Shown here: one piece after another, positions 28,534 through 38,405 of the stretch
Numbering within the stretch: the first letter of the stretch is position 1
How the letters are laid out: each line of letters starts with the position of its first letter
Source: a virus
Length of the DNA stretch: 64,000 bases
Strand: one strand, 5' to 3'
IMG/VR virus record: IMGVR_UViG_3300013131_000021
Position numbers and translations under genes: made by a program
The notes under the pieces: model-generated
Told to the model about the DNA's origin: nothing
Seen by the model: only the letters and a program-made list of their open reading frames with translations
The model's database searches: none

Positions 28534-31203
28534 ATGAGCTACGTTGACGCATTCTATGATCGCGACGACGATACAATTCGTGTCGTTGAGCGCGATGCCA
28601 AAGGGCAGAGGCATTACAAAGACTACGCTGCCAAACACCTATTCTATTACTACGATCCTAAAGGTAAATTTCAAAGCATCAAGGGCGAACCTCTGAGCCG
28701 TGTCAGCTGTAAGAATGTCAAAGAACTACGCAAAGAGCTAGCCATCCATAGTAATAAAAAACTATATGAATCAGATATCAATCCCATCTATCGTTGCTTA
28801 GAAGATAATTATCTAAATCAAGATGCTCCAAAACTTAATGTTGCATTTTTCGATATTGAGGTAGACTTTGATCCAGAGCGCGGATATGCAAGTCCCGACG
28901 ATGCATTTATGCCCATAACTGCTATTGCTGTTTATCTGCAATGGATGGATACACTAGTATGTCTTGCTATTCCGCCTAAGACCATGAATATGGAAGAAGC
29001 TAAGAAAGCCGTAGAAGAATTTTCTAACACTATGTTGTTCGATAACGAAGCAGATATGTTAGATACTTTCTTAGATCTCATTCAAGATGCCGATGTATTA
29101 AGCGGCTGGAATTCGGAGGGTTTTGATATTCCATATACTGTTAATCGTGTTATCAAAGTCTTAAGCAAAGAAGATACTAAACGTTTTTGTTTGTGGGATT
29201 GCTATCCCAAGAAGAGAGAATACGAAAAATATGGCAAAGCCGCAGTCACTTATGATTTAATTGGCCGTGTACATTTAGATAGTCTTGAGCTTTACAGAAA
29301 ATACACTTATGAAGAAAGACATACTTATCGTCTAGATGCTATTGGCGAAATGGAGATCGGAGAAAACAAAACTGTCTATGAAGGTACACTGGATCAACTA
29401 TACAACAATGATTTTCGAAAGTTTATTGAATACAATAGGCAAGACTGTGCTTTATTAGATAAGTTAGATAAAAAATTAAAATTTCTAGACCTTGCTAATA
29501 AAATCGCTCATGAAAATACAGTGCTTCTGCAGACAACCATGGGTGCAGTAGCAGTTACTGAACAAGCGATCATTAACGAGGCACATCGTAGAGGTATGAT
29601 CGTTCCTAATCGTAAGAAGATGGAAGAGCACGGTGATACACAGGCAGCAGGCGCTTATGTTGCGTATCCTAAAAAAGGTATCCATGAATGGATTGGTTCT
29701 CTTGATATTAACTCTCTATATCCGTCAGCCATTCGCGCCTTAAACATGGGCCCGGAAACTATTATTGGACAATTACGTCAGGACGGCACTAAAGCTCATC
29801 TCGAATCAGAGATGGCAAAGGGTAAATCGTTTGCTGCTGCATGGGAAGGTATATTTGGTAGTTTGGAATATATCGCTGTAATAAATCGAGAAGTAGGTAG
29901 AGAAATTACCATAGATTGGGAAGGCGGTGGTTCCGATATACTAAGCGCAGCACAGATTTATGATCTAGTATTTGAAAACAATCAGCCATGGATGCTGTCT
30001 GCTAATGGTACTATTTTTACATATGAAGTTGAAGGTGTTATTCCTGGATTACTAGCACGTTGGTATAAAGAACGTAAAGAAATGCAGGCCAAACTCAAAG
30101 AATGTGTGCAAGCTGGCAACAAAATTGAAGAAGAATACTGGGACAAGCGACAGTTGGTCAAGAAGATCAACTTGAATAGTCTTTACGGTGCTATTCTTAA
30201 TCCCGGTTGTCGTTTCTTTGATAATAGGATTGGACAAAGCACAACTCTTACTGGTAGACAAGTTGCCAAACACATGGCAAGTAAAGTTAACGAAATTATC
30301 ACTGGAGAATACGATCATGTAGGTAAAGCAGTTATCTACGGAGATACTGATTCTTGTTATTTTTCAGCATATTCAACATTAAAAAAAGATATCGAAAAAG
30401 GAATAATTCCTTGGACTCTAGAATCGGTAATAGAACTTTATGATACTATAGGAGAAACTGTTAATGGTACGTTCGTCAAATTCATGCAAGATGCTTTCCA
30501 CTGTCCAAAATCTAGAGCAGAGGTCATCAAAGCAGGTCGCGAGATTGTTGCAAGCAAAGGTCTCTTTATCACCAAAAAGCGATATGCAGTGCTCTACTAC
30601 GACAAAGAAGGCAAAAGAGCAGACAGTAGCGGTTCTGCTGGCAAAATCAAAGCCATGGGTCTAGATCTCAAAAGATCCGATACTCCTGTTGTAATACAAG
30701 ACTTTCTTTCAGAAGTTTTGACAAAAGTTCTTACAGGCATAAGCAAAGAAGAAGTTCTTGAATATATCACAGACTTCAGAACAGACTTTAAAACTAGACC
30801 TGGTTGGGAAAAAGGTTCACCTAAACGTGCTAACAATATCACAGAATACGCTGCTAAAGAAAAGAAACAGGGCAAAGCCAATATGCCAGGGCACGTTCGT
30901 GCTAGTCTTAACTGGAATACTTTGAAGCGTATGATGGATGACAAGTATTCTATGCAAATAGTCGATGGTGCTAAAGTTATTGTCTGTAAGCTCAAAGACA
31001 ATCCTATGGCATATACCTCTGTAGCGTATCCGGTTGACGAGTTGCGATTACCTCAATGGTTCAAAGATCTACCTTTTGACGATGGCGAAATGGAAACTAC
31101 TGTTATCGATGAAAAATTAGAAAACCTTATTGGTGTTTTGGAATGGGACATCAGTTCAACAAGGTCAGACAATACATTCAGTAAACTTTTTGATTTTGAG
31201 TGA
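28534..31203 (+). CDS. polB: Family B DNA polymerase (T4 gp43-like)
   Basis: Exo I FDIEVD, GWNSEGFD, YNRQD; Pol SLDINSLYPS, KINLNSLYG, YGDTDS, KKRY; no intein-sized insert. Confidence 0.97.
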   Translation: MSYVDAFYDRDDDTIRVVERDAKGQRHYKDYAAKHLFYYYDPKGKFQSIKGEPLSRVSCKNVKELRKELAIHSNKKLYESDINPIYRCLEDNYLNQDAPKLNVAFFDIEVDFDPERGYASPDDAFMPITAIAVYLQWMDTLVCLAIPPKTMNMEEAKKAVEEFSNTMLFDNEADMLDTFLDLIQDADVLSGWNSEGFDIPYTVNRVIKVLSKEDTKRFCLWDCYPKKREYEKYGKAAVTYDLIGRVHLDSLELYRKYTYEERHTYRLDAIGEMEIGENKTVYEGTLDQLYNNDFRKFIEYNRQDCALLDKLDKKLKFLDLANKIAHENTVLLQTTMGAVAVTEQAIINEAHRRGMIVPNRKKMEEHGDTQAAGAYVAYPKKGIHEWIGSLDINSLYPSAIRALNMGPETIIGQLRQDGTKAHLESEMAKGKSFAAAWEGIFGSLEYIAVINREVGREITIDWEGGGSDILSAAQIYDLVFENNQPWMLSANGTIFTYEVEGVIPGLLARWYKERKEMQAKLKECVQAGNKIEEEYWDKRQLVKKINLNSLYGAILNPGCRFFDNRIGQSTTLTGRQVAKHMASKVNEIITGEYDHVGKAVIYGDTDSCYFSAYSTLKKDIEKGIIPWTLESVIELYDTIGETVNGTFVKFMQDAFHCPKSRAEVIKAGREIVASKGLFITKKRYAVLYYDKEGKRADSSGSAGKIKAMGLDLKRSDTPVVIQDFLSEVLTKVLTGISKEEVLEYITDFRTDFKTRPGWEKGSPKRANNITEYAAKEKKQGKANMPGHVRASLNWNTLKRMMDDKYSMQIVDGAKVIVCKLKDNPMAYTSVAYPVDELRLPQWFKDLPFDDGEMETTVIDEKLENLIGVLEWDISSTRSDNTFSKLFDFE

Positions 31204-31211
31204 TTTCAAGG

Positions 31212-31240
31212 TTGATTTTTACTCAAGATCTAAATATAAT
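31212..31240 (+). promoter_or_regulatory. Sigma70-like promoter
   Basis: TTGATT-17 bp-TATAAT upstream of the gene at 31268. Confidence 0.6.
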
Positions 31241-31267
31241 CTTATTATACTTCTAAAGGAAAAAAAA

Positions 31268-32005
31268 ATGAAAGATATTCTCCAGGACATTGTAAGCCAC
31301 ACTCAAAATCTAGGCTTTCTAACCACAGTTAAAATCACAGGCACAGAAGAAGGCACCGGTGTGTTTTCTATGGCTGATGATCGGTCAGTAATTATGGAGG
31401 CTACTACTGCCAATCCATATCCTGATATGATTGGTACCTTTGGCATGCCTCAACTTAACAAACTCAAATATCTCTTAGACGGTGCTGAATATAAAGAAGA
31501 TGCAAAGATCACTATTACGTCAGCAGAGCGCAACGGCGAAACTATCCCCGTTGGCATACACTTTGAAAACAAAGACGGCGACTTCAAGAATGACTATCGC
31601 TTTATGAATCAGGAAATCATCAATGAAAAGATGAAGACTGTGAAGTTCCGCGGTGTTAAGTGGGATGTTGAAGTTGAGCCAACCGTGGCTGCGGTGCAAC
31701 GTTTTAACTTTCAAGCAGGTGCTAACAACGAGCATCCAACATTTCTTGCAAAAACAGACGGAGGAAATCTAAAGTTCATCTTCGGCGATGCCTCAACACA
31801 CGGCGGTGAGTTTGTATTTGCACAAAATGTTGCAGGTAAACTTGATCGTGGTTGGACTTGGCCAGTTCTGCCAATTCTAAGCATTCTTAAGATCACTGAT
31901 GTCAACAATACCAAGATGTCATTAAGCAATGAAGGTGCTATCCAGATTACACTAGACAGCGGTCTTGCTACTTACAAATACATCATTCCAGCACAGGCAG
32001 CTTAA
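31268..32005 (+). CDS. Putative sliding clamp (gp45/PCNA-like)
   Basis: 245 aa with a two-domain beta/alpha pattern, directly after PolB; clamp loader present in the window. ATG at 31268. Confidence 0.6.
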   Translation: MKDILQDIVSHTQNLGFLTTVKITGTEEGTGVFSMADDRSVIMEATTANPYPDMIGTFGMPQLNKLKYLLDGAEYKEDAKITITSAERNGETIPVGIHFENKDGDFKNDYRFMNQEIINEKMKTVKFRGVKWDVEVEPTVAAVQRFNFQAGANNEHPTFLAKTDGGNLKFIFGDASTHGGEFVFAQNVAGKLDRGWTWPVLPILSILKITDVNNTKMSLSNEGAIQITLDSGLATYKYIIPAQAA

Positions 32006-32376
32006 TGATTAATTCTTTTACACAAGCATCTAAGTATATTACTGCATATATGGGATCTACTAATGATCCCTATTTCAGTATGTCTGCACCAAGTGCAGGT
32101 ATGTTGAGATTTAACGGGGATATGAGACAGCTAGAAGTTTATGACGGTACTAGCTGGAGAACAATGGGTGGTACTTCAGCTAGTGTAAGCTTGGCACCAG
32201 ATGCTGAGCAGGCTATTGAATGGGCTATTAATCGTATGGAACAGGAAAAAGAGTGGTACAAACTTGCTTCAAATAACGAAGCAGTTCGTATAGCATTAGA
32301 GCAGTTAGAACAGGCACTGACAAGATTAGAACTTACAACAATATTGGCGAAAGAATATGAGCAAACAAGCAGTTGA
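32005..32376 (+). CDS. Hypothetical protein
   Basis: GMLRFNG...LEVYDG..W motif plus a C-terminal helix; coupled start. Confidence 0.55.
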   Translation: MINSFTQASKYITAYMGSTNDPYFSMSAPSAGMLRFNGDMRQLEVYDGTSWRTMGGTSASVSLAPDAEQAIEWAINRMEQEKEWYKLASNNEAVRIALEQLEQALTRLELTTILAKEYEQTSS

Positions 32377-33904
32377 TTTAACACCATTGCAGAAAGACTA
32401 TGCGGTATATTTGCCTGCGATTAGCAGTTTTTATAGCACTTACATTGCAAAGCAAAGATTAGAAAAATTCATTCCAGATAGTCGAATCCCTCAAGGATTC
32501 GATCGTGGCATTGAAGGTATGAATTTTCTTAACCCCGAACAAGGGTATTTTTATTACAAATTTGCTCTGTATTCTGCAGGACACGCCCAACTCGATGTTG
32601 AAAAAAGCATAGACCAAGAGTCTATGATCCAACAACGTGATCGTTCAAAAACTATGATCTTAGGTGATTCCGGTGGATATCAGATTGGTAAAGGTGTTAT
32701 CAAATTTGATTGGCAAGATTTTGAAGGTACTGCTGCTAATAAAGTTCGTGAAAAAATTCTTACTTGGCTAGATGTTACTGCTGATTGGTCGATGATGCTG
32801 GATGTTCCGACCTGGGCCTGTGATCACATTCACTCACCAAAAACAGGATTGAAAACATTTGAAGACTGTCTTGACAAAACTCGGTTCAACAACAAATATT
32901 TTATTGATAATAGATTGGGGTCTTCAGAAGGTGGAACAAAATTATTAAATGTTCTACAAGGTTCAAACTGGGAGAACGCAGAAGCATGGTATCAAGGTGT
33001 AAAAGAATATTCCGATACTAACAAGTATGGAAATAGAGCTGCAGAAGGTTGGGCCATGGGTGGTGCTAATATGTGCAAGATGCCTATTACGCTACGCAGA
33101 CTAATCACTATGCGATTTGATGGTATGCTAGAAGGCAAAGATTGGATGCACTTCTTAGGCACTGCACAGCTGGATTGGGCTTGTTATCTTACAAGCATTC
33201 AACGACAAATCAGGAAACATATCAATGAAAACTTCACTATCAGCTTTGACTGCGCAAGTCCCTTTATCGCAACAGCTCACGGATTGGTATATACTAACGC
33301 CCAACATACCTCTAAACGATTCTCTGTTATCATGGATAAAGCCCCGGACAATAAGGGTCTTGCCGGACGGCAGGATATACCTTTTCCTTTCGAAAGCGAT
33401 TTCGGTCGCAGACTTACGATCGCAGATATCTGCCACTATGCTCCGGGAATGCTGAACAAGATTGGCAAAGAAGGCAAAACATCGTGGGATTCATTTGCCT
33501 ATGCACTGATGATGGGGCACAATGTCGAATGCCATATCCGTGCAGTGCAACGTGCCAATAACTTGATGGATATCGAATGTGCCAAACATCGTCCAGACTG
33601 GAGACGCTGGCGTAAAGTCAAAGACGCTGATAAAAGTGATGAAATCTCTGAATGGGTTCCGAGAAACGTACTATATTTTGATAGATTTGCGGAAGAGCTG
33701 TTTAATCTCGAGACCAAAGATGATGCTTTTGCTATGATTGCAGAAGCAGAACGTTTAGGATTTTTACAAAATCTCGAAGGCGCACGATTGCGTGGAGGAG
33801 TAACTAATATTGCGGATACATTGTTTTATGAAGAAACTGAAGAAGAAACTGCTTGGACCGATGATAGAGAAGACGAAAAATTAAACAATCTTGTTATTGA
33901 ATAA
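32357..33904 (+). CDS. dpdA: tRNA/DNA-guanine transglycosylase-fold protein, DpdA-like 7-deazaguanine inserter
   Basis: GDSGGYQ (TGT DSGG motif), MMLDVP, NVLQG, GWAMGG, HFLG, FDCASP; co-located with folE, queE and a T-fold gene. Confidence 0.75.
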   Translation: MSKQAVDLTPLQKDYAVYLPAISSFYSTYIAKQRLEKFIPDSRIPQGFDRGIEGMNFLNPEQGYFYYKFALYSAGHAQLDVEKSIDQESMIQQRDRSKTMILGDSGGYQIGKGVIKFDWQDFEGTAANKVREKILTWLDVTADWSMMLDVPTWACDHIHSPKTGLKTFEDCLDKTRFNNKYFIDNRLGSSEGGTKLLNVLQGSNWENAEAWYQGVKEYSDTNKYGNRAAEGWAMGGANMCKMPITLRRLITMRFDGMLEGKDWMHFLGTAQLDWACYLTSIQRQIRKHINENFTISFDCASPFIATAHGLVYTNAQHTSKRFSVIMDKAPDNKGLAGRQDIPFPFESDFGRRLTIADICHYAPGMLNKIGKEGKTSWDSFAYALMMGHNVECHIRAVQRANNLMDIECAKHRPDWRRWRKVKDADKSDEISEWVPRNVLYFDRFAEELFNLETKDDAFAMIAEAERLGFLQNLEGARLRGGVTNIADTLFYEETEEETAWTDDREDEKLNNLVIE

Positions 33905-33913
33905 GGAAATATT

Positions 33914-34105
33914 ATGTATCATGAAAAAATTAAACACCTCGAAGAAGCACACCGAATGTTAAATGCAAAAATAGATAAAATGGAAAAAACTGGTGTATAT
34001 GATGATATGAATATAGAAACTTTGAAAAAAGAAAGATTGCTTTTAAAAGATCAAATTACTATACTTAAACATAAACAAAAACGCCAAGATTATGAAAACG
34101 ATTAA
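33914..34105 (+). CDS. DUF465/YdcH-like coiled-coil protein
   Basis: L.E.H..L...I........I..LKKERL.LKD.I pattern. Confidence 0.6.
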   Translation: MYHEKIKHLEEAHRMLNAKIDKMEKTGVYDDMNIETLKKERLLLKDQITILKHKQKRQDYEND

Positions 34106-34304
34106 CACTTTTACACTAAATCGATCACAAATAGAGAAACTTGTAAAAATGGCAAATCATTTTAAAGAAGTAGAATGGTTTACTTTGGAAGAAAGCAACA
34201 GCAGCGGAATTGGTCCTACAGTTGTTGTCAAGTTCAACTTATTCAACGATAGCGATAAGGACGTCGACACTACTGTTGATATCACAGATGTAAGTACATG
34301 GTAA
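34092..34304 (+). CDS. Hypothetical protein
   Basis: 70-aa coupled ORF ending TDVSTW. Confidence 0.6.
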   Translation: MKTINTFTLNRSQIEKLVKMANHFKEVEWFTLEESNSSGIGPTVVVKFNLFNDSDKDVDTTVDITDVSTW

Positions 34305-34861
34305 TGAAAAGAAATTATGAATCCGGGGTGGCAGATAGTATAACTTTCTTTACAGGAGTAGAGATTGAGCATACACCTGCATATGGAATGAAAACTCTTT
34401 TTGTAGTTGGTGTTCATGAACCCGAAACTATTCTAGAAATAGTCAGAGAAAGTAGATCTTATCTAGACGAATCAAAACATATCAAGCATATCTATTTTGG
34501 TGCTAATCAAAGTTTTAAGACTAATGGCGTTAGTGATACTGAAACTTGGCGTCCTTGGGAAAACATGATTTACGTTTGCCTAGATTCGGAATATGACCTT
34601 TGGTGTACTCTAGACTTCGATGTCCGTGAAACGGAAGGATTGCTGGAGAGCGGTCTTACCGAAAAACGTAGATTTATTCCGCAGATCAGTGTAAAATTAC
34701 CTTATATTAATCAACTAGGCTATAATGCTACACTAAAGATCGATGATAAAGATTTTTCTGCAACCAATCCTGGGGTTTGGTGCCATAACCTACAGGACCT
34801 TCTGGGAAGAGATCGCTTCACAGATTGGGATCAATATGACAAAGATGAGATAATCAAATGA
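34304..34861 (+). CDS. Conserved hypothetical protein in the dpd cluster
   Basis: ATG at 34304 (TAATG); EIEHTPAYGMKTLFV, HIYFGANQSF, NPGVWCH motifs. Confidence 0.65.
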   Translation: MKRNYESGVADSITFFTGVEIEHTPAYGMKTLFVVGVHEPETILEIVRESRSYLDESKHIKHIYFGANQSFKTNGVSDTETWRPWENMIYVCLDSEYDLWCTLDFDVRETEGLLESGLTEKRRFIPQISVKLPYINQLGYNATLKIDDKDFSATNPGVWCHNLQDLLGRDRFTDWDQYDKDEIIK

Positions 34862-35217
34862 GTGTTTATGGACAGGCGATCGCTACTATCGGCTCAGCAA
34901 AGTCAGCAGATAGACCGCGAAAGATTAGAAAGGCAAGAAAAATGAAACTGACATTTAGACAACGCATTCGTAATTGGTTGATGCAAGATGACTTCGAAGA
35001 AGATGTACCTCAAATTGTAGAAGCAGATCATGATAGGCTTTCTAGTGAAGGTATGCGTCTACAGATTTATAAAGCGTCGGGTGGTTATGTTGTAGAGACT
35101 CGTAGCTATGATCGTCGTAAAGATCAAAATTTTAACACCATGCATGTCATTCGAGACGATCAAGACCTCGGTGATTCTCTAGGTAAAATCGTTATGATGG
35201 AGGCTTTACAACGATGA
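34858..35217 (+). CDS. Hypothetical protein
   Basis: 119-aa ORF with ATGA overlaps. Confidence 0.55.
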   Translation: MSVYGQAIATIGSAKSADRPRKIRKARKMKLTFRQRIRNWLMQDDFEEDVPQIVEADHDRLSSEGMRLQIYKASGGYVVETRSYDRRKDQNFNTMHVIRDDQDLGDSLGKIVMMEALQR

Positions 35218-35609
35218 TTATCAAACAGGATATACGTCCAAATAAAATGATTTGGGTCACATTCCGCAAAGAAGGTATCCACAAATATCCCGCAGCCGCT
35301 ACGGATCCCAATCTAGCAACAGGAGATGAATATGATGTTTCGTTTTTGGCTAATCCCCATCGCCATATTTTTCATTTTAGGGTATGGATTAGTGTCACCC
35401 ATAATGACAGAGATGTGGAATTTATACAATTTAAACGATGGTTGGAAAAATTGTATTCTAGCAACGAAGGTGTATTGTCGCTAGACTATAAGAGTTGTGA
35501 AATGATGAGCGATGATCTATATGCTCAGATTCACGCAAAGTATCCAGATCGTGAGGTCTGGATTGAGGTCTCCGAAGATGGAGAAAATGGTTCATTTATC
35601 AAGTATTAA
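35214..35609 (+). CDS. dpdL: QueD-like T-fold protein with the DpdL signature (putative CDG decarboxylase)
   Basis: LANPHRHIF matches LxxxHRHxF (versus QueD CxxxHGH); SCE and VSEDGENG T-fold motifs. Confidence 0.72.
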   Translation: MIIKQDIRPNKMIWVTFRKEGIHKYPAAATDPNLATGDEYDVSFLANPHRHIFHFRVWISVTHNDRDVEFIQFKRWLEKLYSSNEGVLSLDYKSCEMMSDDLYAQIHAKYPDREVWIEVSEDGENGSFIKY

Positions 35610-35629
35610 ACTACAAGGAAGAAGCTAAA

Positions 35630-35860
35630 ATGGCTCGTAATTATAAGGACTATTCTTATTTCGCTAATCGCCCGGATGTTGTTAAAGTTTGGGAAGATCT
35701 TGAAGCCTTTCACGACTGGTGTAGATTTGAATTACGTGAGTTCAATCCTGCAGAATTGTATAAAAAAGAAGCACCAAATTATAGTGCATATCTGTTTAGT
35801 AAACGTTCGCGCAGACCTTATCAAGGAAATAGAAACAGAACAGATAGGAAAGAATATTAA
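35630..35860 (+). CDS. Hypothetical protein
   Basis: 76-aa ORF with a basic tail. Confidence 0.55.
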   Translation: MARNYKDYSYFANRPDVVKVWEDLEAFHDWCRFELREFNPAELYKKEAPNYSAYLFSKRSRRPYQGNRNRTDRKEY

Positions 35861-35861
35861 T

Positions 35862-36962
35862 ATGACCAGAGTTTTCCTTATTGATCTAGAAGCGGTGGAA
35901 ACTAGATATACTAGTCAGTGGAAAACTCACTTTCCTGCTCTATTAAGAAAGAGAGGACACGATGTTCAAGTTATTAGTGGTCCTGAAGATATTCCTAAAG
36001 CCACTACTCCTGGCGCCTTTCTTAATTTTGGTGGCACTAATATCTATAAGTCTCGCCAAGTTGAAGAATTTAGTCGTCTATTTACATCCGGAGCAGTTAA
36101 GCCTGGGGATCATTTTATTTTTACTGATGCTTGGCATCCTGGCATCATAAACTTGAAATACATGAGTGAACTGCTCGATATCAAAGTAGTCATTCATGCT
36201 CTATGGCATGCTGGTAGTTATGATCCTCAAGATTTTTTAGGTAGACTAATTGGTAATCGTTCTTGGGTTCGTCATGCTGAAAAAAGTTTTTTCTTTTCAG
36301 CAGATTATAATTACTTTGCCACAGACTTTCACATTGAGATGTTTATGCGTAATCTTATCAATGATGAAATGTTTGAAAATCCCTGGATAGAAGAACAAAT
36401 CAACGAAGCTATACGAGGAGAATATTCAGGTATAGTAAGAACTGGTTGGCCTATGGAGTATATGTCTGATACTTTGTTAATGTATAAGAATATGCTTAAG
36501 CGAGATCTTATACTTTTTCCTCATCGTATCGCTCCAGAAAAACAACTGCCTATTTTTGAAGATCTTAAAAAACATTTACCACAATATGAATTCAAAATTT
36601 GTCAAGAATATCCATTGACTAAAAATGAATATCATAACATGCTAGGTGAAGCTAAGATTGTCTTTTCAGCTAACCTACAAGAAACACTAGGTATTAGCTG
36701 GTATGAAGGTGCCCTAGTAGATGCCATACCAATGGTTCCGGATAGATTAAGTTATAAAGAAATGGCATTTGACACGTTCAAATATCCTAGTAAATGGACA
36801 GAATCTTTTGAATCTTATGAAATTCATAGAAAAGATATCTGTTATAAAATCATACAGTACATGGATAATTATGAAAAGTTTCTACCAAGCCTAAATAAAC
36901 AGGTAGATATATTAACTAAGAATTATTTTAGTTGCGATAATCTACTAGAGATGTTAAAATAA
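35862..36962 (+). CDS. GT-B fold glycosyltransferase (GT4-like)
   Basis: ATG at 35862; FPHRIAPEK, and ETLGISWYE matching the Ex7E motif; PDRLSYKE. Confidence 0.75.
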   Translation: MTRVFLIDLEAVETRYTSQWKTHFPALLRKRGHDVQVISGPEDIPKATTPGAFLNFGGTNIYKSRQVEEFSRLFTSGAVKPGDHFIFTDAWHPGIINLKYMSELLDIKVVIHALWHAGSYDPQDFLGRLIGNRSWVRHAEKSFFFSADYNYFATDFHIEMFMRNLINDEMFENPWIEEQINEAIRGEYSGIVRTGWPMEYMSDTLLMYKNMLKRDLILFPHRIAPEKQLPIFEDLKKHLPQYEFKICQEYPLTKNEYHNMLGEAKIVFSANLQETLGISWYEGALVDAIPMVPDRLSYKEMAFDTFKYPSKWTESFESYEIHRKDICYKIIQYMDNYEKFLPSLNKQVDILTKNYFSCDNLLEMLK

Positions 36963-36969
36963 ATGTATG

Positions 36970-37527
36970 TTAGAGATATCTAAAAAAGTTTTGAACGGTC
37001 ATTTCTTTTCTATCAGACAATCTACAAACTCTACAAATGTTTTTAGATTGTTGAGAAACTGCTTTCATAACTTTAGAATGATTTTCTCTAAATTGAGTAG
37101 AAGAATGAGTTTGTTTTCTTTTAGCGATTTGTTTTTGACGAAACTCTTCATTTGCCCAATGATCTTTCATTGCTTTAGATCTACCTTTTTTAACCTGGTT
37201 CTTGGGTTTTCTAACATAAACATCGGGCCTATGAAATCTTTTTCCTCCCTTGTTCTTGTTCAACAGAAGAGGATTTTTCCAATTCTCGCTAATAAGAAAT
37301 TCTTCGAACTCAAGAGCATCCTCTTTAGAAATAAATTGGGCAAGAATAGTCCAATTAAACTCATTAAAGATAGGTTTTACTTTCTTAGATGTAGTATAAT
37401 AAACTTTACCGAGATCGTCTTCGGGAGACAGGTTTTTTCGTTGATTAGAATACCGAACTCCTATATAAAATTGTCCGGTGGTTTTATGTGTACCTAAATA
37501 GACATACGGTGAAATAATATTGAACAT
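36970..37527 (-). mobile_element. Free-standing GIY-YIG homing endonuclease (Seg-like)
   Basis: YVYLGTHKTTGQFYIGVR, conserved E (ALEFE) and N (LLNKNKGG), basic C-terminal DNA-binding part; TATAAATA at 37533-37540 on - strand; opposite orientation to its flanks. Confidence 0.8.
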
Positions 37528-37568
37528 AATATTATTTATAAAAATTTGTATAACTCGGAGAATAATAA

Positions 37569-38405
37569 TTGACACAAGAATTTAAACCAGACCCTATATT
37601 AAGCACAGAAATCGATAAATCTTTTGTAAAAGATGAATACATACCCGTAAAAAAACAAGTTTATATTAAAAAAGAAACTGCCTTAGATGCTATGGCCGGT
37701 GATGGCGGATATCAAGAAGCATATCTAGCAGATGCGATCCGCTTTAAGATGAAACGTGATAACAAGCGTTTCTGGGCAGGCGATAACATCAGTGATTACG
37801 TCACTGAAGAAATGAAGCACAAGTTAATCGATGAAGCAACTAAAGCATTTGAACTGGTACTTGATCGTTTACTGATCGATCGCGAAACTGATCCAAACAG
37901 TCAAGGTACAGCACGTAGATTGGCTAAGATGTATTTTAATGAGATAATGGCAGGTAGATATGAACAAGCCCCAGATTGCACAGCGTTCCCAAACGATTCG
38001 GAGGACCGCTACGAAGGTATGCTGGTTGTTCGCAGTGAGCTTCGCAGTATGTGTAGCCATCATCATCAGCCCGTTAGTGGTGTTGCCTATATTGGCATTA
38101 TTGCGGCTTCCAAGCTCATTGGCCTCAGTAAGTACACAAGAATCGCCCAATGGTGTGCCCGACGTGGTACTCTTCAGGAGGAACTTGCTAATGATATTGC
38201 TCGCGAGATCGCCCGTGCCACAGGAGCCAAAGACGTAGGCGTATATATTCAAGCCACACATGGATGCTGTGAAAATCGTGGTATCATGGCACATAGCAGT
38301 TTAACACAAACTACTGTACTAAAAGGTGCATTCAAAGATGACCAAAGCACAAAGAAAGAATTCTTTGATAACATCAAACTACAACAGGACTTTGCCCCTA
38401 GATGA
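37569..38405 (+). CDS. folE: GTP cyclohydrolase I
   Basis: SMCSHHHQP, IGLSKYTR, LQEEL, HGCCENRG; TTG start. Confidence 0.93.
   Translation: MTQEFKPDPILSTEIDKSFVKDEYIPVKKQVYIKKETALDAMAGDGGYQEAYLADAIRFKMKRDNKRFWAGDNISDYVTEEMKHKLIDEATKAFELVLDRLLIDRETDPNSQGTARRLAKMYFNEIMAGRYEQAPDCTAFPNDSEDRYEGMLVVRSELRSMCSHHHQPVSGVAYIGIIAASKLIGLSKYTRIAQWCARRGTLQEELANDIAREIARATGAKDVGVYIQATHGCCENRGIMAHSSLTQTTVLKGAFKDDQSTKKEFFDNIKLQQDFAPR

Noticed and set aside
28534-31203. Intein or intron in PolB
   Set aside because: 889 aa is normal for gp43-like enzymes, and the motifs are contiguous with no splice signatures.
35214-35609. Calling this gene canonical queD
   Set aside because: It lacks the catalytic CxxxHGH and has LxxxHRHxF instead; a true queD or queC is not in this window.
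36967-37497. 176-aa + strand ORF overlapping the GIY-YIG gene
   Set aside because: Antisense shadow: Phe/Leu/Ser-rich with no motifs, while the - strand frame has clear GIY-YIG motifs and its own promoter.
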